Positions 1-10,928 are shown, counted from the first letter of the stretch. The stretch is DNA of 64,000 nucleotides from Candidatus Versatilivorator sp. (GCA_965207735.1 OZ242296.1:576001-640000); one strand, 5' to 3'. Translations and numbers: made by a program. Notes: a model not told the origin generated them from the letters alone.

Positions 1-80
1 CTTCCCAAGACCTCGGATGTCGTCAGTGTGGCCAGGCACCTGGCAGCATACTGATTCTGTCATCCAAGTTGGAGAAGCCC

Positions 81-1316
81 ATGCCGTCCAACGTCATCAT
101 GCCCCAGATGGGCGAAAGCATCTTCGAGGGTACGATCACCAAGTGGCTCAAGAATGTGGGTGACCGGGTGGAACGAGATGAACCCCTTTTTGAAATTTCC
201 ACCGACAAGGTGGATTCCGAGATACCGGCCTCCACCTCGGGCATCCTCAGAGAGATCCTGTTCCAGGAAGGAGAAACGGTCGAGATAAACACCGTGGTAG
301 CCATTATCGATGACGAGGGGGGCGCGATTCCGGATTCCACGGAGGCCGGCGACGCTGTTTCCCCCAAAGAGTCTGAGCAGCCTCCCGAGCGCAACCTGAG
401 AACTGAAGCTGCCGATCCCCGGCGGGGCCCTCGTTCCTCCCCGCTGGTGCGGCGCATGGCTCAAGAAGAGGGGATCGATCTGAGGGAAGTTGAAGGGACC
501 GGTCTGGGGGGGCGGATCACCAAGCGGGACATCCTGAACTACCTGTCGGAGCGGGAGAGGATTGCCGAGGTGGCCCGGCCGCTGGTTCAACAGGCACAGC
601 AGGGGCTGCCTGCGGCGCCCTCCGGTCAGGATGAGATCGTTCCGATGACGGCCATGCGCAGAAGCATTGCGGAGCATATGATCGACAGTCGCCGCACTTC
701 GGCACATGTCACCACCATTTTTGAAGTGGACATGACCGCCATCGTAAAGCTAAGGAAGGAACATGCCGATGAGTTCGGGCGCCGGGAAGGGTTCAAGCTG
801 TCCTTGACGTCCTTCTTTGTCAAGGGAGTTGCCGATACCTTGAAGGATTTCCCCATCTTGAATGCGTCGATCGTGGGAAACGACATCGTCTACAAGAAGG
901 AGATCAACCTGGGCGTTGCCGTGGCGTTGGATTGGGGCTTGATCGTCCCCGTGATCCGGCAGGCTCAGTTGAAGACTCTGGTGGGATTGGCCAGGGAGGT
1001 TGCCGACCTGTCCCATCGGGCTCGCCAGAAGAAGCTCAGTCCGGACGAAGTCCGCGGAGGGACCTTTACCCTCACCAACCCGGGGGTGTTCGGCAGCTTG
1101 ATCGGAACGCCGATCATCAATCAACCCCAAGTCGCGATTCTGTGTGTCGGCGCTATCACCAAACGGGCGGTTGTGATCAACGATGCCATTGCCATCCGCT
1201 CCATGGCTTATCTGTCGCTGACCTTCGATCATCGGCTCATAGACGGCGCCATGGCAGACCGGTTCCTCTCGAGTCTCAAGGCCAGGCTGGAGGGTTGGAG
1301 CGGCACCATCGGCTGA
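81..1316 (+). CDS. sucB: 2-oxoacid dehydrogenase E2 (dihydrolipoamide succinyl/acyltransferase)
   Basis: Lipoyl domain (EISTDKVDSEIP), E3-binding domain (GTGLGGRITKRD), catalytic DHRLIDG; GGAG RBS before ATG 81. Confidence 0.85.
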   Translation: MPSNVIMPQMGESIFEGTITKWLKNVGDRVERDEPLFEISTDKVDSEIPASTSGILREILFQEGETVEINTVVAIIDDEGGAIPDSTEAGDAVSPKESEQPPERNLRTEAADPRRGPRSSPLVRRMAQEEGIDLREVEGTGLGGRITKRDILNYLSERERIAEVARPLVQQAQQGLPAAPSGQDEIVPMTAMRRSIAEHMIDSRRTSAHVTTIFEVDMTAIVKLRKEHADEFGRREGFKLSLTSFFVKGVADTLKDFPILNASIVGNDIVYKKEINLGVAVALDWGLIVPVIRQAQLKTLVGLAREVADLSHRARQKKLSPDEVRGGTFTLTNPGVFGSLIGTPIINQPQVAILCVGAITKRAVVINDAIAIRSMAYLSLTFDHRLIDGAMADRFLSSLKARLEGWSGTIG

Positions 1317-1412
1317 CTTCCGTTGCTGGTCCGAGGCATGCCTGCCTGAGACAAGCGGGGGGGCGTTACTGCGAGCGGTCTGGTTGGGACCAGTGCCCCG
1401 AGGGAGGAATGA

Positions 1413-1994
1413 TTGATGCTGATGAAGGCCCAGCCGGACAAACAGGCCGAGGCGCTTTCCGGGCTGGTGCGCCAAATGCTTCACCACTTGGGCGAAGATG
1501 CCCAACGATCAGGGTTGGAACGGACTCCCGAGCGGGTGGCGGCCAGCCTCCAGTTCCTCACTCAGGGCTACCAGCTCGACCTGGAATCGGTGATCAATGG
1601 GGCGCTGTTTGAAGCCGAATATGACGAAATGGTGATCGTCAAGGACATCGAGGTCTACAGTCTTTGCGAGCACCACCTTCTGCCCTTCTATGGAAAGTGC
1701 CACCTGGCTTACCTGCCGGATCGCAAGATCATCGGACTAAGCAAGATGGCGCGAATCGTAGATGTCTTGAGCCGACGGCTTCAGATTCAGGAAAGGCTCA
1801 CTACGGAAATTGCGGCCACGGTCAAGAAGTACCTGGAGCCGAAGGGAGTGGGGGTGGTGATTGAAGCCTATCATTTCTGCATGATGATGCGCGGGGTGCA
1901 GAAACAGAACAGCCAAACCGTCACCAGTTGCATGCTCGGCCGCTTCAAGAGCGACAGCAAGACCCGAAGCGAGTTCCTGGAGTTTCTCAAGTAG
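1413..1994 (+). CDS. folE: GTP cyclohydrolase I
   Basis: [33 protein letters not shown] motifs. Confidence 0.95.
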   Translation: MMLMKAQPDKQAEALSGLVRQMLHHLGEDAQRSGLERTPERVAASLQFLTQGYQLDLESVINGALFEAEYDEMVIVKDIEVYSLCEHHLLPFYGKCHLAYLPDRKIIGLSKMARIVDVLSRRLQIQERLTTEIAATVKKYLEPKGVGVVIEAYHFCMMMRGVQKQNSQTVTSCMLGRFKSDSKTRSEFLEFLK

Positions 1995-1998
1995 TCCC

Positions 1999-2910
1999 TC
2001 ATCGAGCCGAAAGCTTTTCAAGAGTCCTGAGTACGATCTGTCCCACCCGTTCCATGCTTCGGGGGCTGATTTTGTCCAGCGTGTCCTGCGGCGTGTGCCA
2101 GTAGCGGTTGTTCGGTCCGAATTCGTAGTCGATCAAATCCACGGCCGGGATCCCAACCTCGATAAATGGCGTGTGGTCGTCCATCACGGCCTTTGGATTG
2201 CCGGCCAGATGTCTTCCATACCCCAACTCGGTGGCTGAGTCTCTCACCAAACGCATCAGCCAGGGGGTCGAGTTGAGGTCATGCTCCAGAACCAGGTCCT
2301 TGTCGCCCACCATGTCCATCAGGATCATGGCCTTGATTCTGCCGGCTTGACCACTGGCTCTGAGACGCTCCACAAAATATCGGCTCCCGTAAAGACTGTC
2401 GGTGCGTGACCAGGCCTTCTGGGCTTCCTCTCCGTCGAAAAAGACAAACCACAGGGAGAAACTCAGTTGCCGGTGGGGGAGTACCCTTGCCAGTTCCAGC
2501 AACAGGCCCACGCTGGAACCTCCATCGTTGGCACCCACAAAGACGCTGTTCGGCATCAAGTGGGTATCGTAGTGGCTGGCCAGAATCACCACCTGGCCCA
2601 TGTCTCCCCCGGAGCGTCCAATGATGTTTTTCATGGACAGGTTGCCATTGGGGGTCGAAGCCAGGAAGTTTTGGTGTTCGACCTCAAGGGGAATTTGGCG
2701 CAAGACCCCAGTGATGTACCGTTGGGCTTTCTTGATGCCGGGCGACGCCGGCGGCCGGGGACCGAAGGTGACCAGTCGCTCCACATGGGCGAATGCCCGA
2801 TCGCCGCTTAAGGGGAGACTTTCTCCGGAGAGACAGCCAGCGAAGATGGCAATCAGGAGCAGACCGGCGAGCCCGGTGGGAATCCCTGGGGATGAACGGC
2901 GGTGGGTCAT
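1999..2910 (-). CDS. M28 family peptidase / glutaminyl cyclase-like lipoprotein
   Basis: SHYDT, GANDGGSS, FFDGEE, DMVGD, DDHTPF, WHTPQD; lipobox-like FAGC; start set at MTHRR. Confidence 0.85.
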   Translation of the reverse strand: MTHRRSSPGIPTGLAGLLLIAIFAGCLSGESLPLSGDRAFAHVERLVTFGPRPPASPGIKKAQRYITGVLRQIPLEVEHQNFLASTPNGNLSMKNIIGRSGGDMGQVVILASHYDTHLMPNSVFVGANDGGSSVGLLLELARVLPHRQLSFSLWFVFFDGEEAQKAWSRTDSLYGSRYFVERLRASGQAGRIKAMILMDMVGDKDLVLEHDLNSTPWLMRLVRDSATELGYGRHLAGNPKAVMDDHTPFIEVGIPAVDLIDYEFGPNNRYWHTPQDTLDKISPRSMERVGQIVLRTLEKLSAR

Positions 2911-2924
2911 GGAATGCAGGAAGT

Positions 2925-3761
2925 CTATTCCCGGACGACCTCGACCTCGGAATCCGGAATGGCGAGCTTCTTCAGCCTCAGGTCGCTGTCCAGCCAATAA
3001 TTGACTATCATCTCCCCCGTGTCGACCAGGAAGCGTCGCAGCCACAAGGGTTGATCCTCGAATTCGACTTCTTCCTTCCCCACTTCGGAAACGGTGACTC
3101 CTCCAGCCAAGAACTGTTGCGGAACGAACGCGGAGAACTCCTGAATGCCGCCACGGCAGAGGTCGTACCGTTTGGAGAGGATCAGGTAATGGTGAAAGAC
3201 ATTGTCGTCAAGAATGGTCACATCCTTTTTCAATTCGATTCTTTTCCGGTCCGTTTCTCCATCGGAAAAATAGGACACTCGGCTTCGATCCGGCAGGAAA
3301 TCCACCTTGGCCCTCATACGGTTGGGACCCGCATCCTGCACCACTTCGTAAGCCTCCGGTTCAAACAGGTCATTGAAACGAAGGGTGGAATCGATTCGGA
3401 AGGTCACCGGTTCGGCGGGCGGACGGTCGGGGCGGGGAAGCTCCTCATAATCTTCCTCATCCAGATATTCAGGCGGATCCGCGGGGTCTTCCCGGCTGAT
3501 GGTGAGTTGGGTGCGGCTACTGGCTTTTATGTGATGGTTGCTCTCCGAGATTTCGAATTCTTCGTGCCCGATTTCCTTTCCCGCGAAAAATATCCGGAAG
3601 CGACCGAGCTCGCGGCCGGAGTAAATGATGGGTGGAGGCTCCTCGTCCTCTTCCAGCTCCTTGCACTCCTGTTGCGGCAAAAGGGATGGCCCTGCCACCA
3701 GCAAGGGGCACAGCTGTAGCGACAACAGCAACCAAGCGGGGACGGCTGTCTTAATGCCCAT
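2925..3761 (-). CDS. Exported hypothetical protein (beta-rich)
   Basis: Signal-like N-terminus, operonic between aroK and the M28 gene. Confidence 0.65.
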   Translation of the reverse strand: MGIKTAVPAWLLLSLQLCPLLVAGPSLLPQQECKELEEDEEPPPIIYSGRELGRFRIFFAGKEIGHEEFEISESNHHIKASSRTQLTISREDPADPPEYLDEEDYEELPRPDRPPAEPVTFRIDSTLRFNDLFEPEAYEVVQDAGPNRMRAKVDFLPDRSRVSYFSDGETDRKRIELKKDVTILDDNVFHHYLILSKRYDLCRGGIQEFSAFVPQQFLAGGVTVSEVGKEEVEFEDQPLWLRRFLVDTGEMIVNYWLDSDLRLKKLAIPDSEVEVVRE

Positions 3762-4293
3762 GGTCAGGAGGGGTAGCAGGCCGGCTCAGTGAGAGCTGCA
3801 GACCGGTCTCTTCCAGGATGGTGCTCACTATTCTATCAGGGGGCAAGGAGGCGTCGACCTCAAAATCACTCAGCCGGTACAGGGGCAACCGGGATGCATA
3901 GAGCTCTTGTACTGAAGCCGGATCCTTCAGGAGCGGTCGGGTGCCGTCCGGAGGGCATCGCTCCAGCACAAGCTCCGGGGGCAGATTGAGAAATACCGAA
4001 AGCCCCAGCCGCTTGATGTGGAGACGGTTCCGGGGTTCGATGAATGCGCCGCCCCCCAGGGCTGCCACGCAGTGATTCCAGCGCTCCAGATTCCTCACGG
4101 CATCGCTTTCCATCCGGCGGAAGTAGGGTTCCCCATGCTCCGCGAAGATCCGGTGGATGGGACCGCCGAAGGAGGCCTCGATCACGGAGTCCAGGTCCAG
4201 GAAAGGCCATCCGAGGCGCTGGGCCAGCAACGGTCCGACAGTTGATTTCCCGGAGCCCATGAATCCGACCAGAAAGACGCGATCTCTTTCCAT
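3751..4293 (-). CDS. aroK: Shikimate kinase
   Basis: GFMGSGKS P-loop, DLD, GEPYFR, LGGG, RPLL. Confidence 0.95.
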   Translation of the reverse strand: MERDRVFLVGFMGSGKSTVGPLLAQRLGWPFLDLDSVIEASFGGPIHRIFAEHGEPYFRRMESDAVRNLERWNHCVAALGGGAFIEPRNRLHIKRLGLSVFLNLPPELVLERCPPDGTRPLLKDPASVQELYASRLPLYRLSDFEVDASLPPDRIVSTILEETGLQLSLSRPATPPDHGH

Positions 4294-4371
4294 TTCAAAA
4301 AAAATAGCCCAAGGCAGCTTGGGCTTGTCTTCAGTTGTAGCTCAGCAGGTTCGGAGGAATGCGGGCTGGAA

Positions 4372-5232
4372 CTATTCCGAAGACTGGCGTTTGATCTGAA
4401 TAGGGCCACTGAAGGTGGAGAGTTGTACGGTTGCCGATCCTTCATTCAGGGTGCCCAAGAGCGAATGGCGGTCACGCCACAGTGGCCGGTGTTGCTTGGA
4501 CTTGATGGGAAGATCGGTCTTGATGCTTCCTTTGACCGTTCGTACGTCCCACTCCACCGAGGCCTCCTCATCGCAGATGACCGAAATCCGACCATCGGTG
4601 CTGGAGAGGTTGTAGGAGCCTCCCCCCATGAAATCCCCTTTGTAGGTAATGTTCCCAAGGGTTGAGTTGGCCTTGACGTTGTCGCTTTCCAACTGGTCCA
4701 GCACAATGTCTCCGGTCACCGTGGTGGCATGAATGGTGCCCTTGGATTGGGTGACCTCGACCGCCTTCCGTCCGATCGAGGAGGCATTGACGTAACCCTC
4801 GACCCCGGCGACCTTGACCTCTGCCTCAACCACGTCCACGGTTACCTGACCTCGAATGTTGTGTACCGTAACGACGCCCATATTGGATCGAATCTCGAGA
4901 TTCGAGCGTTTCGGAACGTAGAGCTCATAGTCCACCACCGTATTCTCGGCAGTAGCCAGCTCGTCCAGCACGTGGCTGGTAATCCGCACCCGGTTGGGTC
5001 CGACCTCGGTGTCGATTTCAACGTTCTCCGAACGCCTCATCCCAATCACCGTCACCACCTTGTTCTCCCCGCCCTCCACGGAGATCATGCCGGAATAGTT
5101 CACGAGGATGATCGTGGGTGAGTCCCCGACCTTGAAGATTTTTTCCTCGCGATGGTCGTGAGCGCCGGCGGCCGGGGGAAGCGCCAGCATCAGGGCAGCC
5201 GACAGGGTCAGGAGGGTTGGGTGGCGGGTCAT
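4372..5232 (-). CDS. DUF4097-like beta-strand repeat exported protein
   Basis: Signal peptide; repeated S/T-x-x-G-x-I motifs; typical third gene of an ECF/anti-sigma locus. Confidence 0.75.
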   Translation of the reverse strand: MTRHPTLLTLSAALMLALPPAAGAHDHREEKIFKVGDSPTIILVNYSGMISVEGGENKVVTVIGMRRSENVEIDTEVGPNRVRITSHVLDELATAENTVVDYELYVPKRSNLEIRSNMGVVTVHNIRGQVTVDVVEAEVKVAGVEGYVNASSIGRKAVEVTQSKGTIHATTVTGDIVLDQLESDNVKANSTLGNITYKGDFMGGGSYNLSSTDGRISVICDEEASVEWDVRTVKGSIKTDLPIKSKQHRPLWRDRHSLLGTLNEGSATVQLSTFSGPIQIKRQSSE

Positions 5233-5264
5233 GATCGAAGTGATAAAGTCTCCTTTTTTTGAGG

Positions 5265-5954
5265 CTATAACAAAGAATCCGAAGTCACGATTGTTTGCAA
5301 CAACTCGACTTTCTTTTGATATGCGGCCAAAAGGTACCGGTGAGCCAAGGGGTTTTGCGGGCTGTTTTCCACCGCCTGCTTACACTCGTGCAGGTAGTAA
5401 TCCATGGTCGCCAGGTTGTCGTGAAACACCTGCGCCAGCACTGGATCCAGTCCTTCCAGCCTCCTCCGCGAGCTTGTGCTGAGTGCCTCGATGGCGGCCC
5501 GGTAGTTGGTCTCCGCTATTTGGAGTTCCTCGAGGAGGTCCTCCTGGTGGGAGGTCGAAGCCGCGGGAATCGGAACCAACGGCGAGTGGGTTGTCAAATC
5601 GTAGACCAGCAGCGACCCGATCCCGAGAAACAAGGCCAATATAGCACCGCTCCAAGCGGGTTTCAAGGCAGGCAGGCGCTTGGGTAGAATCGAGGCCCAG
5701 AAGGACTCCTTGGGCTCGGAGTGAATGAGCCCTTCGGCCTCGAGTTGGTATCGGAGGTTGGTCCAGAGGTGCTCGGGCGGATCCAGGGGCTTCAATCTTC
5801 CCACGCCATGCCGAATGGAATTCAGGTCCTGATGGAAGGCGGTGCACTCGGCGCAGGACTCGAGATGTTTCTCAACCGCCTCGGCCCGCAACGGATCCAG
5901 GTCTCCATCCATCCACAATGAGACATCTTCTTGTATATCAGGACAATCGGTCAT
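5265..5954 (-). CDS. zf-HC2 (ZAS) anti-sigma factor
   Basis: HLESCAEC (HxxxCxxC) motif, single TM helix, downstream of ECF sigma. Confidence 0.85.
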   Translation of the reverse strand: MTDCPDIQEDVSLWMDGDLDPLRAEAVEKHLESCAECTAFHQDLNSIRHGVGRLKPLDPPEHLWTNLRYQLEAEGLIHSEPKESFWASILPKRLPALKPAWSGAILALFLGIGSLLVYDLTTHSPLVPIPAASTSHQEDLLEELQIAETNYRAAIEALSTSSRRRLEGLDPVLAQVFHDNLATMDYYLHECKQAVENSPQNPLAHRYLLAAYQKKVELLQTIVTSDSLL

Positions 5955-6024
5955 CAAGTTATCCTCGACCAACTCGTGTGAAGCGCAAAATTCCTACTAC
6001 CGCTAGGTTAGATACAAAAAACCA

Positions 6025-6609
6025 CTACGGTGATGCCTTGAGTTGTTTTTTTTTCAATTTTGGCTTCTTGTCCAACAATAACGACCTGAGCTTAAGCCGA
6101 GCCTTGAAAAGCTGTGACTTGGAGTTTCCGACCGAGCAACCCATTATTCGGGCAATTTCGTTATGTTCATAGCCTTCAATGTCGTGCAGGACAAAGACGG
6201 TTCGGTACCCTCTGGGCAGAGCTGCAATTGCCTTTTCCAGGGTGATCCGGTCCACCACTCCCAACAGGTCGATATCCTCGGATCCATACTCCTTCGGGGG
6301 GAGATCCTGCCCATCGTCGCGATCCTGGTCCAGCGAGACCTGGTCCAGCCCCTTCTTTCTGATGCGCATCAGGATGATATTGACTGTAAGGCGATGCATC
6401 CAGGTCGAGAAAGCCGAGTCTCCCCGGAAGGTGCCGATCTTCCTGAAGAGTTGCATGAAGGCTTCCTGGCTCATATCCTCCGCCTCTGCCGGGTCGCGTA
6501 CCATCCTCAAGCAGAGCGAGTAGACCCTGCGCTTGTGCAGGTTGTACAGCACCTCGAACGCCTGCGGGTCGCCGGCGACGCATCCAGCGATGGCTTGAGC
6601 TTCGGTCAT
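6025..6609 (-). CDS. ECF RNA polymerase sigma factor
   Basis: AEDMSQEAF, FSTWMHR, LHDIEGYEHNEIA, SKSQLFKAR; start at MTEAQ. Confidence 0.93.
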   Translation of the reverse strand: MTEAQAIAGCVAGDPQAFEVLYNLHKRRVYSLCLRMVRDPAEAEDMSQEAFMQLFRKIGTFRGDSAFSTWMHRLTVNIILMRIRKKGLDQVSLDQDRDDGQDLPPKEYGSEDIDLLGVVDRITLEKAIAALPRGYRTVFVLHDIEGYEHNEIARIMGCSVGNSKSQLFKARLKLRSLLLDKKPKLKKKQLKASP

Positions 6610-7063
6610 CTGTGGAAACCCGATAGCGCAACGGCAACCGCACCGTTGGCGAGCAGGTCGGGGCAGGCAACAGTCCTGATCCCGAAAGTTGTTATTTGTA
6701 AGTGACTTATCACGCCTGAGACAGTAAGTCTTGTTGGCCTGATGGTGGAAAATAACGGATGGTAGAGAAGGTGTCAACCTCTGGAGGGGATTGGTCCGCC
6801 CGTTGAAAGAGGTCCTGAAGGGTGTTTCAGGCTGCTGAGTCCTCATTATTTGTCCGAAGGGGGGTGAGCGGGGGGGCAATGGCCAGCCAATGGACACTGA
6901 AATGGAACAGCTCCAGCTAAACATTGACAAATCAAGGGTTAAGGGGTTCAGTTTCTTGACGGAAGGGGGGTTTTCTGTGTAGGGTTAGTCGCAACTTTCC
7001 GCGGAGCCGCCAGGGGACTCCCTTGCAGCCGCAGTTGGACTCGTTGACCTCTTACTCAAGCCC

Positions 7064-7528
7064 ATGAAATGTCCCTATTGTAGTCACCTGGAAGACAAGG
7101 TCGTCGATTCCCGCGAGAGCAGGGAAGGGGAAGCTATCCGCCGCCGCCGCCAATGTGCGGGTTGTGGCCGCAGGTTCACCAGCTACGAGAGGATCGATGA
7201 GATTCCCTATCTGGTGGTCAAGAAGGACGGGTCTCGCGAACGATTTGACCGGCAGAAGTTGATGACGGGCCTATTGAAGGCCTGCGAAAAGCGTCCGGTG
7301 AGCATGAACCAACTGGAATCCATCGTGAATGAAGTCGAGTCCTTTGTTCACGAATCCAGCGATCGTGAGAGAGGCACTGCGCAGATCGGGGAAATGCTGA
7401 TGGAGAGATTGCGTCAACTCGACAAAGTGGCCTACGTGCGGTATGCCTCGGTGTACCTGGATTTCAAGGACATCAAGGAGTTCATGGCAGAGCTTCGCGA
7501 ACTGCTCAGAGTTGAGAGAATCGACTGA
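7064..7528 (+). CDS. nrdR: Transcriptional repressor NrdR
   Basis: MKCPYC...IRRRRQC..C..RFTSYE zinc ribbon plus ATP cone, VAYVRYASVY. Confidence 0.97.
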   Translation: MKCPYCSHLEDKVVDSRESREGEAIRRRRQCAGCGRRFTSYERIDEIPYLVVKKDGSRERFDRQKLMTGLLKACEKRPVSMNQLESIVNEVESFVHESSDRERGTAQIGEMLMERLRQLDKVAYVRYASVYLDFKDIKEFMAELRELLRVERID

Positions 7529-7683
7529 CTTACCTGGCATTACGGCAAGGTAATGGACCCTTTCAAAAACTCCGGTGTGCTTCCCAATGCTCGAAAAACG
7601 GCCCGGGTTGCCGCCGGCGGCAGGCGTTTCCCCACGGCATGGGGCGCCGGAGGGTGCCGGCATGTCAAGAGGCGGTAGGGATC

Positions 7684-8694
7684 ATGGCGGTCGGGTCCTC
7701 CTCTCAGGGCGAAACAAGGCTGATTGAACGCATTCACCGCCTCGCCCGCCAGGTTCTCCCGCCATCGGAGAGCGTCTTCATCTCCTTTGGAGACGACGCC
7801 GCTGCCGTGGCCCCATCCTCGGGGCATGTGCTCCTGATCTCGACCGATGCCCTTGTCGAGGGTATCCACTTCGACCTGGACTACTTTCGACCTGAGGATC
7901 TGGGTTGGAAGGCGCTGGCTGTCAATCTCAGCGACATCGCCGCCATGGGAGGCAAGCCCTTGGGATTCACCACTTCCTTGGCGTTTCCGAAAGAGACGCC
8001 GCCAAATTTTGTAACCCGCGTCTACGGAGGCATGTTGAAGCTGGCTGAACTCAGCCGTGCCGACCTTCTGGGAGGAGACCTTTGCGCTTCGCCGGGAACA
8101 GTTTTCCTGGATGTGACCATCCTGGGAGAAGTAAGGCCGGCGCAGGTGCTCACTCGAAAGGCTGCTCGTCCCGGAGACAGCCTCTTTGTCACCGGGGAGC
8201 TTGGGGCCTCGGCGATCGGGCTGGAGCTGCTTCGGCGGTCTCCAGGACGGGCCCGTTACTTTCCGCATCTGGCGGGACGACACCTACGCCCGATGCCCAG
8301 AAATCGGATTGGCTGCTGGCTGTCCGCCAACGGCTGTGCTTCCGCTCTCATCGACTTGAGCGATGGACTCTCGACCGACCTTCACCATCTTTGCCAGGCG
8401 AGCCATGTGGGCGCCGTGATCGACTCGGATCGCATACCCCTGCCCAAAATCAGCCCAAAAGTCGGTTCCTGGGTGGAACGGCCCCTGCTAGACTATGGGT
8501 TGAACGGGGGTGAGGATTACGAGCTTCTGTTTTCCGTGCCCCCGGAGAGGCGGGATCAGGTTCCCGGCCGTTTGGACGGCCTTGAGATTCACGAGATCGG
8601 CTCCATTGTTGATGAACCCGGGGCCTGTTGGCTTCGAGAACAGGGACGTCTGAGACTTCTCTCACCCCGCGGATTCGACCATTTTCGACGGTAG
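7684..8694 (+). CDS. thiL: Thiamine-monophosphate kinase
   Basis: GDDAA, NLSDIAAMGG, GGD, DLSDGL, GGEDYELLF. Confidence 0.95.
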   Translation: MAVGSSSQGETRLIERIHRLARQVLPPSESVFISFGDDAAAVAPSSGHVLLISTDALVEGIHFDLDYFRPEDLGWKALAVNLSDIAAMGGKPLGFTTSLAFPKETPPNFVTRVYGGMLKLAELSRADLLGGDLCASPGTVFLDVTILGEVRPAQVLTRKAARPGDSLFVTGELGASAIGLELLRRSPGRARYFPHLAGRHLRPMPRNRIGCWLSANGCASALIDLSDGLSTDLHHLCQASHVGAVIDSDRIPLPKISPKVGSWVERPLLDYGLNGGEDYELLFSVPPERRDQVPGRLDGLEIHEIGSIVDEPGACWLREQGRLRLLSPRGFDHFRR

Positions 8695-8720
8695 ATGTTC
8701 CAGTGATCGGCAACCGGCAC

Positions 8721-10208
8721 ATGAGTCTTCTCTCTCCAATGCTTGCAGGCGGGTTTCGCATTTGTGCAATCCTGATCCTGCTCCTTGCGCACGCCGGCCG
8801 GAGCCAGGCCCAATTTCCGTCGATTCTGATTCAACCCGATATTCGGGTGTTTACCGTTCTGGGAGCGCTGCGGGCCGCAGGATTCGATGAGGGATCGCTC
8901 CTGCTTCACCCGGCCGGCCTCCCGATTGCCCGGGAGTTCAGGGATCTGCCCGCCGGCTTGAAGTCGCGGTTGGAGGATTTCTACGACACCCATCGCGGAG
9001 GAAAAGATCCACACCAGGAATTGATCAAGTATATTTCGCTGGCGTTCGTCATCGATGGCCCTCCCGATTTCAAGCCGCTCCTGGCAGCAGGTCAGATGCC
9101 TCCCGATGCCGGTTCAGTGGCTGAGCTGACGAGTCTGCTGGGGGAATTCTACGCGAAAGCGAGAGTAGAATCCGTCTGGAGCCGGTACAAGCATCTGCAC
9201 GATCGAGCCGTCCTGGACTACCGCCCGTTGATCAACCGGATGATCATGACCACCGAGGGCTATCTCAGGATGCGGTCGGGAATCTATCGAGGGCGGCAAC
9301 TGATCCTGGTGCCGGATTTTCTGGTTCCTTCCAATACCTTCAATGCACGAACCTATCAAAGCACCTACTATTTTCTTTTCAGTCCATCCGGTTCCCCCAA
9401 GATTTCGGAAATTCGCCACCAGTTTCTTCACTTTCTGCTGGATCCCTTTGCCGCCAGGTATCCGCTGCCCGTGGAAGAGCGAAAGGCTCTGACCGAGATC
9501 ATGCTGGCCGGGAGCGAGGGTCCGGAGGGCGCCGAGCAGGGAGTGCAGGAGATGGTTACCGAAAGCCTCATCAAGGCGGTGGAGATGAGGCTCGATCACT
9601 TGCCGCAAGAGCAGGCCGAAGCCTCCTTGAATGAGGCTGTTCGCTCGGGAGCCCTGCTGTGCGGCCACTTTTTTTCGGCACTACAGCGGTTTGAGAAGGA
9701 ATTCGAGGGATTTCAATTGTATTACCGCACTCTCCTCTCCGGTCTGGATGTCTCTGAAATCATGGCAGCCCAGCAAGCGGCCATCAGTTCCCCACGTGAG
9801 GAGACACCGCCGGCCCAACGGCCGACGGAAGTGGAACGGCTTCTGCGCCAGGCCAAGTCGAGCTTGGGGAGCGACGAATTGGAGCGGGCCGCGGAGCTGT
9901 TCAACCTGGTGTTGGACCGCCACGACTCCCGCAATGGCGAGGCCCTTTACGGCCTGGGAATCGTGGCCGTCAGCCGCTCAGACAAGGATGCGGCCAGGGA
10001 CTATTTCGGCAGGTCGGTAGTGTCCGAAACCTGCCCGGACTCGGTCAAGGTCTGGGCCTACATTTATTTGGGAAGACTGTTCGATCTGGATGACGCCCGC
10101 GAGGAGGCGATTCTGCAGTACCGCGCCGCCGTTGCCCTGGGTGACGATACACGCGGCGCCCAAGCCGTTGCTCGCAGCGGTTTGCTGGAACCCTTTCAGC
10201 CAAAGTGA
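8721..10208 (+). CDS. Exported TPR protein with degenerate zincin-like segment
   Basis: Signal peptide; C-terminal TPR-like repeats (ALYGLG, AYIYLGR); HQFLH...E motif. Confidence 0.7.
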   Translation: MSLLSPMLAGGFRICAILILLLAHAGRSQAQFPSILIQPDIRVFTVLGALRAAGFDEGSLLLHPAGLPIAREFRDLPAGLKSRLEDFYDTHRGGKDPHQELIKYISLAFVIDGPPDFKPLLAAGQMPPDAGSVAELTSLLGEFYAKARVESVWSRYKHLHDRAVLDYRPLINRMIMTTEGYLRMRSGIYRGRQLILVPDFLVPSNTFNARTYQSTYYFLFSPSGSPKISEIRHQFLHFLLDPFAARYPLPVEERKALTEIMLAGSEGPEGAEQGVQEMVTESLIKAVEMRLDHLPQEQAEASLNEAVRSGALLCGHFFSALQRFEKEFEGFQLYYRTLLSGLDVSEIMAAQQAAISSPREETPPAQRPTEVERLLRQAKSSLGSDELERAAELFNLVLDRHDSRNGEALYGLGIVAVSRSDKDAARDYFGRSVVSETCPDSVKVWAYIYLGRLFDLDDAREEAILQYRAAVALGDDTRGAQAVARSGLLEPFQPK

Positions 10209-10928
10209 ATGAGAGTAAATCCGCCGATGGAAGACGCGCTCGATAAACTGGAAGATCAAATCGAATACGCGTTCAAGGACCGGTCCCTTCTCCTCAGAGC
10301 CTTGACCCACAGTTCCTATGCCAATGAATGCCGGGTCGAGAAGGAAGACTATGAGCAGTTGGAGTTCCTGGGGGATTCCATCATTGGCTTTGTGGTTAGC
10401 GAGTATCTCCTGGTGAATCATCCCGACTTGACCGAGGGTCAACTTTCCAAGCTCAGAGCCCAACTGGTCAGTTCCGGCAGTTTGTTTCGCTCGGCCTTCG
10501 GTCTGGAACTGGGCCGATTCCTCAGATTGGGTAAGGGAGAAGAGAAAAGCGGCGGCCGCAGAAAGCAGGCCGTGCTGGTGGATGTGACCGAGGCATTGGT
10601 GGCGGCCGTGTATCTGGATGGAGGGATGGATGCCGCCCGCAGGTTTGTGCTGAAACAGTTGGCGGAGGATTTTGGGGATATCCTGTCGGGGCGATTTGTC
10701 TTCAGCGATTACAAGTCCAGGTTGCAGGAGAAGCTGCACTCGCTCCGTGAGGCGCGGCCCGAGTACTCGGTCATCGACGAGTCCGGGCCCGACCATCAAA
10801 GACAGTTTTCCGTAAGTTTGACCATCGGGGGCAAGGCGGCGGCTCGAGGTCAAGGTGAGACCAAGAAGAGCGCGGAGCAGGATGCGGCTCGGCAAGCCTT
10901 GAAACAATTAGGTCCTATAAAGTGCTGA
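10209..10928 (+). CDS. rnc: Ribonuclease III
   Basis: ALTHSS, EQLEFLGDS signature, dsRBD (YKSRLQE, GPDH, KKSAEQ). Confidence 0.97.
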   Translation: MRVNPPMEDALDKLEDQIEYAFKDRSLLLRALTHSSYANECRVEKEDYEQLEFLGDSIIGFVVSEYLLVNHPDLTEGQLSKLRAQLVSSGSLFRSAFGLELGRFLRLGKGEEKSGGRRKQAVLVDVTEALVAAVYLDGGMDAARRFVLKQLAEDFGDILSGRFVFSDYKSRLQEKLHSLREARPEYSVIDESGPDHQRQFSVSLTIGGKAAARGQGETKKSAEQDAARQALKQLGPIKC

